From Candidatus Nitrosotenuis sp. (GTDB lineage Archaea; Thermoproteota; Nitrososphaeria; Nitrososphaerales; Nitrosopumilaceae): 64,000 nucleotides of DNA. This document shows, one piece after another, positions 38,439 to 45,866 of the stretch; within the stretch, counting starts at the first letter, position 1, and every line of letters begins with the position of its first letter. Below the pieces are notes generated by a model that saw only the letters and a list, made by a program, of their open reading frames with translations, had not been told where the DNA came from and searched no databases. The translations under genes and the position numbers were made by a program. The stretch spans positions 7,817 through 71,816 of the forward strand of contig JBQTIZ010000003.1 of NCBI GenBank assembly GCA_052387615.1, written 5' to 3'.

Positions 38439-38880
38439 CTACAATTGTGAACGTCTATTCAATAAAAGGAGAATAGCATTTTCCTGCTTCAATGACCCAT
38501 GTGCGATCTCTACAGGCGTAACTTTCCGCAATTCCTGCGGTTGATTGTACGTGAAAGATCGATATTGGTCATGGCCTACAAATTGTAGTTGTCCAATTTT
38601 GTGCCCCTTCTTCTTTCTTTCAATTAATGATTTTTGGGCAGATTCTAGCTGTGTTGAGACCATCTGCAACATTTTAGCGTGGTAATTGTAGAGCCATTGC
38701 TCCTGTTGTTTTATCTCAGTTAGAAGATAGTTCATGTCGTTCCTTGAAAAGAATTCATTCTTGGTTTGTTCTACAAATTTGTTGTATATCCATCGGCATG
38801 CATCAAGGGTGTTGTTTAGCGATATCCATTGATTCGTATTAGGATATAATCGAAAATTTGTAAGTGCAAATTTGTTTCAT
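38439..38880 (-). pseudogene. tnpB: IS200/IS605-family TnpB (OrfB) N-terminal remnant, frameshifted and truncated
   Basis: 'FRLYPNTNQWISLNNTLDACRWIYNKFVEQ...YHAKMLQMVSTQLESAQKSL...GQLQFVGHDQYRSFTYNQ' matches the TnpB N-terminal/HTH region. The ATG at 38880 ('MKQICTYKF') is out of frame by one T in the T4 run at 38853-38856. The ORF stops at about 147 codons with no RuvC motifs. Confidence 0.7.
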
Positions 38881-39005
38881 TATTTGGATCTGGAATCATA
38901 GTTTATCATAAAACGTCTATGATCTAATGATCACACACCTAAGAGCTATAACTCATCCATCGAATAACTCATCTAGCTTTCGCTTTGATTTAATATCCAC
39001 CTAAC

Positions 39006-40910
39006 TTGACAACTTTATTGCAATTTGATGCCCTTGGACGCAGAATGCGATCCAGTTATCCAGAAATCGATCTAAAAAGGCCCCGAGAACCAATCTCGCT
39101 AATTGAAGCATTGGAGTTAGTAGGGCAATTTGCAGGAAAAGAACCTACTCCCAAGCAATACGAGGTCATTAAAAAAATCCAGCACGCAATAGAATCAGGA
39201 TACAAAAAAATCCTCTTATCAGCACCTACTGGAACCGGAAAAAGCTGGATTGCAATTGCATTGGCATTATACTTTAGATCAGCTACAATTCTGACATCAA
39301 CTATTTTACTGCAAGACCAGTACAGAAACGAGTTTGGGTTTTTCAACACAGTACGCGGAAAAAAGCGATTCCTATGCGAGCAGACAAACCGGATTTTTGA
39401 TTGTACCAATGGTTATTGCAACGATTGTACATTCAAGCCACAGCCAGAACTGTATAATATTCTAAAGAAGGGAACCATTGCTGAGACCATAACAAGCCAG
39501 GACATGCCTAGAAAGTGTCCATACTATGACCAAATCGAAATTGGCAAAAAGGCAAGCTTTGTTGCATATTCTTACGCCTCATACCTATCGCATCTTTTGT
39601 CTGGCGAGGAAATGCCGCAAAGAAAGCTGCTAGTGTGCGATGAGGCACATGAGCTTGATGAAGAGCTGGCAAACCAGCTTGCAACCAATTTGTCTGGATT
39701 TTATGGGGAGCTTCTTGGAATCGAGATGCCAAAGTTTTCAGTAAACTCTAATCTTGATTCCATAAAACAATATGTCAATGCATTCTCTGAGGCTTTTAGA
39801 AAACGCGAATCTGTAATAAAGCAATGCGCGGAACATACGCTATTCTTGCAATCAGAAGAACACATCAAAAAGCATGTTCATTGCATGAAACATGGAATCA
39901 AACTACAATCAAGCTGCTCTGACTGCAATAAAATCCGAGAATACATCAGAACAAAAGAATTTCTAAAATGCAAGGATCATGTAGATTGCAAGTTTGACCA
40001 CAGATATATCAATCACTTTGTGCTAAATGATCTCAAAAATTATACTACAAAAATGAAGATTCTGCAGAAAGGATTGGAATCAGCTGATCAGAACTACATC
40101 ATTACAGATATTCAATCCAAATCGCAAGATGAAAGAAGAGGCCACAACTTTGATGAGGTTACCATAAAACCATGGCACATTCACTGGTTTATGGAAGAAA
40201 TGAGTACAAGCTTTGATGTATCATTATACATGTCTGCAACCATCAACTTGGAATTATTCTGCAAAGAAACCGGATTCAAAAACGACGAAGTCTATTTCAT
40301 CAATGAGGATTCCAACATTCCGCTGGAAAATCGCAAGGTAATATTTTTGAAAACAGAATATGTCGAGGCAGCCTCAGATGTCGTCCTGCCTGACAAAATC
40401 ATATCACAGATTGAGGCTATTTTGAAAATTAGGGCAAATCAAAGAGGAATCATACTGCTCACTAGTTATTCACAGCTTGACTATGTTTTAGAGAAAATCT
40501 CGCCTGAGCTCAAGCCTAGGCTCTTTCCCTTGGAGCGTGGCCAAGACAAGGGAGAGGCAATAGACATTCACAAAAACACACCAAATTCAGTCTTGATTTC
40601 TCCAGGATTGGAATCCGGAGTCAATCTGCCAGATGATGACAGTAGGTTCCAGATAATTGTCAAGGCTCCCTACTATCCAACAGTTGACGATCTGAGAATG
40701 AAAAAGATCTACGATTCCGAACATGATCACAGAAGATACTATCTAAAATCTGCATTCAGATTATTACAGATGGCCGGTCGAAGCATTCGACATGTAAAAG
40801 ACAGCGCAATGACCTATGTTTTAGATGCAAAGGCAGAGCGCATGATATACCATCAGAGAAATGATCTTCCAAAATGGTTCATGGATGCATGTGAAGGAAT
40901 CGCAAAATAA
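39006..40910 (+). CDS. SF2 DNA helicase of the XPD/Rad3/DinG family with FeS-cluster cysteines and an extra Cys/His-rich insert
   Basis: Walker A 'APTGTGKS' (39222-39245), 'DEAH' (39639-39650), 'SAT', and motif VI 'QMAGRSIRH'. Cys124/133/138/141/171 lie between motifs I and II, as in XPD FeS domains. The Cys/His cluster covers residues 274-332. TTG start; alternative ATG at 39045. Confidence 0.85.
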   Translation: MTTLLQFDALGRRMRSSYPEIDLKRPREPISLIEALELVGQFAGKEPTPKQYEVIKKIQHAIESGYKKILLSAPTGTGKSWIAIALALYFRSATILTSTILLQDQYRNEFGFFNTVRGKKRFLCEQTNRIFDCTNGYCNDCTFKPQPELYNILKKGTIAETITSQDMPRKCPYYDQIEIGKKASFVAYSYASYLSHLLSGEEMPQRKLLVCDEAHELDEELANQLATNLSGFYGELLGIEMPKFSVNSNLDSIKQYVNAFSEAFRKRESVIKQCAEHTLFLQSEEHIKKHVHCMKHGIKLQSSCSDCNKIREYIRTKEFLKCKDHVDCKFDHRYINHFVLNDLKNYTTKMKILQKGLESADQNYIITDIQSKSQDERRGHNFDEVTIKPWHIHWFMEEMSTSFDVSLYMSATINLELFCKETGFKNDEVYFINEDSNIPLENRKVIFLKTEYVEAASDVVLPDKIISQIEAILKIRANQRGIILLTSYSQLDYVLEKISPELKPRLFPLERGQDKGEAIDIHKNTPNSVLISPGLESGVNLPDDDSRFQIIVKAPYYPTVDDLRMKKIYDSEHDHRRYYLKSAFRLLQMAGRSIRHVKDSAMTYVLDAKAERMIYHQRNDLPKWFMDACEGIAK

Positions 40911-40911
40911 G

Positions 40912-41706
40912 CTAGAGTTCTTTTTTTACCAAACAAAACAGCATTCTTCTGTCCAGGTCTTTCATGTTTAGCTTGATTCCATGTTGTACTAGAAGCTGAA
41001 TTCTACTTGGTTTTTCTTCAAATCCCTTGTTTTGCATGAATTTCAAGATATTTTTGATTCCCTCTTTTGTTCCACTAAGATATCCTAGCTGCATCACATC
41101 ATTGTCTAGTCTAGAGCTTTTGTTCCAGATTCCCATTGCCACAGCTTTGTTGTTTTTAGAATATGTGATGACTCGGCCAGCTTTTACCAGTTTTGATAGA
41201 GCTGGTTTTAGTAACAGCCAATTCCATGATTCTGAATATGTATTGGATTGAATCAGCTCATCGAGATTTTTTGAATTTTTAGCTAGTCTAGCAATTGTGT
41301 TTTGTTTTTTTGGTGCTAGGTTGTACAGCCACCACTTGTCCTCCAGAGCATAGCCAAGTGATTTTGCCATTTTTAATGATCTTTTGTTGTTATCAGCTAT
41401 TATCATGCGCGAAAACCTCATCTTCTTTTTTCTGGCTAGCGTTTCTGCTGCAATTACGAGCCTGCTTGCATAGCCTCTTCTTCTAAAATTTGGATTAATT
41501 CTGATTCCCTCAATCCATACCTGATTCTGGGAGATTCCTGCATTGCAAATTCCTATTGCTTTGCCCTTTTCCTCTATGGTTAGCAGGTTTTTTTGCGCAA
41601 GCCACTTGTCCCAGACTCGGTCAATATAGTCACCCCAACGAAACGTATGATGACAAAAGGACAGGATTTGTTCCTTGTCGATTTTTTTGGCTTGCCTGAT
41701 TTTCAA
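40912..41706 (-). CDS. GNAT-family N-acetyltransferase with C-terminal extension
   Basis: Acetyl-CoA motif 'IRINPNFRRRGYASRLV'; 264 aa. Tail-to-tail with the helicase (1-nt gap). Confidence 0.7.
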   Translation of the reverse strand: MKIRQAKKIDKEQILSFCHHTFRWGDYIDRVWDKWLAQKNLLTIEEKGKAIGICNAGISQNQVWIEGIRINPNFRRRGYASRLVIAAETLARKKKMRFSRMIIADNNKRSLKMAKSLGYALEDKWWLYNLAPKKQNTIARLAKNSKNLDELIQSNTYSESWNWLLLKPALSKLVKAGRVITYSKNNKAVAMGIWNKSSRLDNDVMQLGYLSGTKEGIKNILKFMQNKGFEEKPSRIQLLVQHGIKLNMKDLDRRMLFCLVKKEL

Positions 41707-41737
41707 TGTGTTTTGTTAGGAATGACGATTAATTTTC

Positions 41738-42142
41738 TTATCTGACGTTGTTAATTGAGTTTTTTACAGTATCGTGTTTTGTCTTTGATTTGATTGTTGA
41801 TTTTTTGATCTCTTTGTTTTTCTTTTTAACATCCTTCTTTTTTGTCTCTTTTTTCTTTGTGTCCTTCTTTTTGGCGTCTTTCTTTTTGTCATCTGATTTT
41901 TTATCGCCAGAGTCAAGTGTCATTGATTCAAGTAATTTGATGGAAAAGCTTTTGACTTTTTTTATTGTCGCTTGATCATTGTTTATCAGATAGCCCGCAT
42001 TGTCATCTACCAAAGTTACAAGCGGCACAAACGACATGATAGATTCTGCAAATGCTGACTGATTCATCAAAAATACGCATGCAAGCCCAAGAATGCTTGC
42101 AAAAATTATTGCATTCAAGCTGAGATTTGATCCTCCAAGCAA
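41738..42142 (-). CDS. Secreted/anchored protein with extremely Lys-rich C-terminal tail
   Basis: Hydrophobic N-terminus 'AIIFASILGLACVFLM', then 'KKSDDKKKDAKKKDTKKKETKKKDVKKKNKEIKK'. Confidence 0.5.
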   Translation of the reverse strand: MLGGSNLSLNAIIFASILGLACVFLMNQSAFAESIMSFVPLVTLVDDNAGYLINNDQATIKKVKSFSIKLLESMTLDSGDKKSDDKKKDAKKKDTKKKETKKKDVKKKNKEIKKSTIKSKTKHDTVKNSINNVR

Positions 42143-42277
42143 TCACCGAGTTACAGAATTATCTAAAGATATGATCCGCTCACCTGTTTTGATGATGATA
42201 TGGTTTAGTTGCATAAAAGCTACAAGTATGATTTCTACTAATTCGTTAAATACAAAATTAGCACGCGCTGATACGAA

Positions 42278-43789
42278 TTGAGCATCAAAAGGGAGACGTT
42301 GCTCGTTGGAATTCTGTGCCTAGTTGCAACTATTCCCGCGTTTGCAGAATCGGACTGGCTAATAGCTCAGACCGACAAAGCGCAATACCACACGGGTGAA
42401 GATATGGAAATTTCTGGCCTCGTACTAGATGTAATCATGCCGCAGATTGCCATTCAGATCTATGATCCAGACGGTGAAATTTTGGGCGCATATGGTGTAG
42501 AATTAGAATTTGATGATGGATTTTCAAAAACAATATCGCTTGACTCGCCATTTTATGACAAGTCAGGCTTGTATGTGATTGAATTCGAATATGGTCAGGA
42601 ATACGATGAGATTTTTTTTGAGGTAATTGGTACGCCGGAAGAACCAGAACCAACACCACCACCAAGCCTGGCCCCAGAGGTCTTGATGATAACTACTGAC
42701 AAGCCCACATATTCGGATAACGAGTTCATAACAATTTCCGGCCTTGTTTCTGATATTGGCAACCCGACCATACTGATTGGGATTTTTGATCCAAATGATT
42801 TTCCTGCTGGGTTTTACACGCCGCCAGTGAATTCAGATCTAGAGTTTTCAGTTTCATTTTTGGCAAAAAGCGGAATCAACTTCAAAAAGACTGGGACATA
42901 TTACGTTAAGGCCCACTATGGCCAATCAAAGCAGACAACCAGTTTTAGTTTTGTAGATGCACCGAATCAACCATTACCGCCAAATAATGATTCTGGCAAT
43001 AATTCTCTGCCACCATCTCTACCGCCACAAATAGTACTAAACCCAACTCCACCAAAGCAAGAAGAACCAACACAAATTCCAACAGCCAAGATTCCAAAAC
43101 AAGTTGAAATTCCAAACGAATCACCAAAACCTGTTATTCAAAACATTCCTCAAACTCCAAAACCAAGCCAAGAATCAGACGAGTCAACAAACACACTATC
43201 ACCTCAAGACAGGGAAATTGGAGAAATACTAAACGAGATAACACTAGAATGCGACAATAGCCATTATACTGATTCCATTGTGTATGGGGAAGGAATGGGT
43301 CCTGCACTTATGAGATTGTGCAATTACAAGCAAGCAGTAGAATACTTTGATAGATCACTCATCAAGGATCCAAACAATCCAGAAATCCTCACAAACAGGG
43401 GGGCAGCGCTTGGAAAACTAGGCAAGTTCGATGCAGCATTGGAACATTATGATTTGGCATTAAAGATAGACTCTAAATACATTCCAGCACTAAACAACAA
43501 AGCAAACGTACTTGCAGAAACTGGCAAGCCAGAACAAGCGATCACATTATACAACAAGATACTTGATCAGGATCCATCATATGTAACTGCCAAGATTAAC
43601 TCACAAAAGGCGCGGGAAGATCTAGTACAGTATGCAAAAATGCAAAAGACAGACTCGGTTTCTGTTAATTTGGATGATTCAATTCCAAAAATAGAATCTA
43701 CCAAGATCAATCATGAAACGCAAAAACAACAAAACGTAATGGACCATATTGGTAGCTTTTTTGCAGGAATCTTTGGCTTTCTAAAATAA
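42278..43789 (+). CDS. Secreted protein: two tandem beta-sandwich-like domains, Pro/Gln-rich linker, C-terminal TPR repeats
   Basis: Signal-like 'LLVGILCLVATIPAFA'. Repeated modules begin 'DKAQYHTGEDMEISGLV...' and 'DKPTYSDNEFITISGLV...'. TPR-like segment 'AVEYFDRSLIKDPNNPEILTNRGAALGKLGKFDAALEHYDLALKIDSKY'. Confidence 0.6.
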   Translation: MSIKRETLLVGILCLVATIPAFAESDWLIAQTDKAQYHTGEDMEISGLVLDVIMPQIAIQIYDPDGEILGAYGVELEFDDGFSKTISLDSPFYDKSGLYVIEFEYGQEYDEIFFEVIGTPEEPEPTPPPSLAPEVLMITTDKPTYSDNEFITISGLVSDIGNPTILIGIFDPNDFPAGFYTPPVNSDLEFSVSFLAKSGINFKKTGTYYVKAHYGQSKQTTSFSFVDAPNQPLPPNNDSGNNSLPPSLPPQIVLNPTPPKQEEPTQIPTAKIPKQVEIPNESPKPVIQNIPQTPKPSQESDESTNTLSPQDREIGEILNEITLECDNSHYTDSIVYGEGMGPALMRLCNYKQAVEYFDRSLIKDPNNPEILTNRGAALGKLGKFDAALEHYDLALKIDSKYIPALNNKANVLAETGKPEQAITLYNKILDQDPSYVTAKINSQKAREDLVQYAKMQKTDSVSVNLDDSIPKIESTKINHETQKQQNVMDHIGSFFAGIFGFLK

Positions 43790-43859
43790 TATTGTGCTAA
43801 AATTAGCAAGTAAGGCGATCTTGGAAATGTTTTATAGTTATTTGACGTAGTAGTGCGGA

Positions 43860-44069
43860 TTGAAATTTTTTAGTCGAAGCAACAACAACTGTGAGTTTTG
43901 CAAGGTAAAGCTTGAGAGCTATTCTGATCTTATCAGTCATGTAAGACACGAACATCACAAAACAATAGTCAAGTGTTCTGGCTGCGGCAAGGAGTTCATT
44001 CATGAAAAAGACAGGCTATTACATGAAAGGGAAGAACGCGAACGTAAAGTAAAAAATCGTTATCGATAA
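43860..44069 (+). CDS. Small C2H2 zinc-finger protein
   Basis: 'CEFCKVKLESYSDLISHVRHEH' is C-x2-C-x12-H-x3-H. A second, degenerate finger reads 'CSGCGKEFIHEKDRLLH'. TTG start, so the start is uncertain. Confidence 0.5.
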   Translation: MKFFSRSNNNCEFCKVKLESYSDLISHVRHEHHKTIVKCSGCGKEFIHEKDRLLHEREERERKVKNRYR

Positions 44070-44070
44070 T

Positions 44071-45426
44071 TTACCAAACATCGTCCACTTCGTCCAGTTC
44101 CTTGTAATCGATTGGCTGGTCTTTTCTTATTATTTTTAGTCTAGAGATGTCTCTATCAAATAGCAAATCCGCAGTCCAGTCAAGCAAAATTCTTAATCTC
44201 TTGTTTAGCTTGGGAATCTTTCTGAGATATACCGCCCTCCAAATGCACCAAGCCAAAAACCCGTGAATGTTCAGCCCAGAAATGGAAGCAATTGCAGTTC
44301 TTTTTCCGATGATTGCCATCTGTCCCTTTGATACAAAATTAATTTTCTTTTTCTGCCTTCCATACAGTTCTGCAAAAATATTATACGCCGCAGTCTTTGC
44401 CTGGCCTTCTGCGTTTTGTGCAGTTGGCGGATAAGGCTTGCCTGTGCTGGGATCAATTGCAAGGCTACAGTCACCAATCACATAGACACCTGGAAACGCA
44501 GACACTTCCAGATTCTCATTTACAATTATTTTGCCCTTGTCAGTTTTGAACATGGAATTTTTGATGGTATCAACCGGTGTGACGCCTGCAGTCCAGATCA
44601 AAGTCTTGGTTTCGATTGCTTCCATGGTTGGCTCTTTAACCGGGTTTTTTGCAGGATCAACCGAGTCCTTTACTATTACTTCGGAACCATCAAACGTTAC
44701 AACCATCGTGTTGAGCCTGATTTCAATTCCTCGCTGGATCAGCCTGTCTTTTGTAAATGATGCGAGTTTTTCAGAGAATCCAGGCAGAACAATTGGCAAT
44801 GCTTCCAGTACAATTACTCGAATGTCTTTTTCAGAAATGTGCGGATAGTGCTTTTTTGCATCAAACAAAAAGTCGTGGATTTCTCCTGCAGTTTCAATTC
44901 CTGCAAATCCACCGCCAACTACTACAAATGTTAGCAGCGACTGCTTCAAAATTGGATCGGCTTCATTATCTGCCTGCTCTAGCATGTCTATGACGCGGTT
45001 TCGCAGGACAACTGCGTCGTTTAGCGTCTTCATTGTATATGCATGGTTCTCAACAGTTTGGTTGCCAAAGAAATTAGTCTGGCTTCCAAGCGCCACTACC
45101 AGATAATCATAGTCAAGTGAGGTTCCTCTTTTTTCGTTGGTTCCATAAAGCGTTATTCGCTTTCCGTATGGGTCTATGTTTTTGACCTTGCCCTCATGGA
45201 ATGAGGCCTTTTTGATTATAGTTCTAATTGGTATGACGATGTGCCGAGTCTCTATCATAGCAGAGGCAACCTGCGGAAGCATTGGCGTAAACAGCAAGAA
45301 ATTGTCCTCTGATACCAGATCGATTTGCACCTCAGAGTCGCGCTTGAAATATGATTCAAGCTTACTTGCACATTCTATTCCTGCAAATCCCCCACCCAAT
45401 ACCAGAATCCTTTTGCGAGTCACCAA
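44071..45426 (-). CDS. Type II NADH dehydrogenase-like FAD-dependent pyridine nucleotide-disulfide oxidoreductase
   Basis: Two Rossmann motifs, 'ILVLGGGFAGIE' and 'VVVGGGFAGIE', plus 'VYVIGDC'. Confidence 0.8.
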   Translation of the reverse strand: MVTRKRILVLGGGFAGIECASKLESYFKRDSEVQIDLVSEDNFLLFTPMLPQVASAMIETRHIVIPIRTIIKKASFHEGKVKNIDPYGKRITLYGTNEKRGTSLDYDYLVVALGSQTNFFGNQTVENHAYTMKTLNDAVVLRNRVIDMLEQADNEADPILKQSLLTFVVVGGGFAGIETAGEIHDFLFDAKKHYPHISEKDIRVIVLEALPIVLPGFSEKLASFTKDRLIQRGIEIRLNTMVVTFDGSEVIVKDSVDPAKNPVKEPTMEAIETKTLIWTAGVTPVDTIKNSMFKTDKGKIIVNENLEVSAFPGVYVIGDCSLAIDPSTGKPYPPTAQNAEGQAKTAAYNIFAELYGRQKKKINFVSKGQMAIIGKRTAIASISGLNIHGFLAWCIWRAVYLRKIPKLNKRLRILLDWTADLLFDRDISRLKIIRKDQPIDYKELDEVDDVW

Positions 45427-45539
45427 ACTACTCCAAAATTAGCCGATATAACGTTTGATTACCTAAATTCAGGACTATTTTTGTAAATTTTGATACCCGA
45501 GTTAAAGTAAAATATCGCAAAAATACGAACAAAAATCAC

Positions 45540-45866
45540 ATGAAAAAGGAATATGTCGTGGTAAGAATTGATGCCTCACCAGATGGCGCACCATACGTTG
45601 TGGTGTCATTGCAGGCAACAAAGGACTTTAAGGAAACTCAAGGATTTCCTCAGTCTCCATATGGCGGCGGCCCTGGCGTAATGGGCTTTACAAACATGGA
45701 TGACATGATGAAATCACTAAACAAGATGCTTGGCGGTGGAGGAATGGGAATGCCGGGCGGAATGACCAGTATGAAGCTAGACATGAGGGAATACAAAGAA
45801 CTTGCTCTCTCAGTTGGCGATAAGGTCTACTTGGATATTTCCAAGGCCGAAGTTTCGGGAATCTAA
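45540..45866 (+). CDS. Hypothetical protein with Gly/Met-rich central segment
   Basis: 108 aa, with 'GGGPGVMGFTNMDDMMKSLNKMLGGGGMGMPGGMTSM'. Confidence 0.45.
   Translation: MKKEYVVVRIDASPDGAPYVVVSLQATKDFKETQGFPQSPYGGGPGVMGFTNMDDMMKSLNKMLGGGGMGMPGGMTSMKLDMREYKELALSVGDKVYLDISKAEVSGI

Noticed and set aside
6815-38441. Three in-frame TAG codons followed by open frame (6815, 20855, 38439) suggested possible TAG read-through or pyrrolysine-like recoding.
   Set aside because: TAG clearly terminates well-defined genes here: cheA at 4454-4456, cheR at 6363-6365 and the GNAT gene at 40912-40914. No pyl-like genes were seen. Nonsense mutations or chance are the simpler explanation.
38905-38923. A short hairpin, ATCATA-N7-TATGAT, upstream of the tnpB remnant, considered as an IS200/IS605 left-end structure.
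   Set aside because: The stem is only 6 bp and AT-rich, so it is expected by chance in this sequence. No matching right end or tnpA is present.
36741-40910. Calling the locus a type IV-A CRISPR-Cas system because a DinG/XPD-like helicase lies near the array.
   Set aside because: No csf1/csf2/csf3/csf5 (Cas8/7/5/6-like) ORFs exist between or around them. The helicase is separated from the array by dam and IS debris, and its family assignment rests only on motifs. It is kept as a hypothesis in the findings, not as an annotation.
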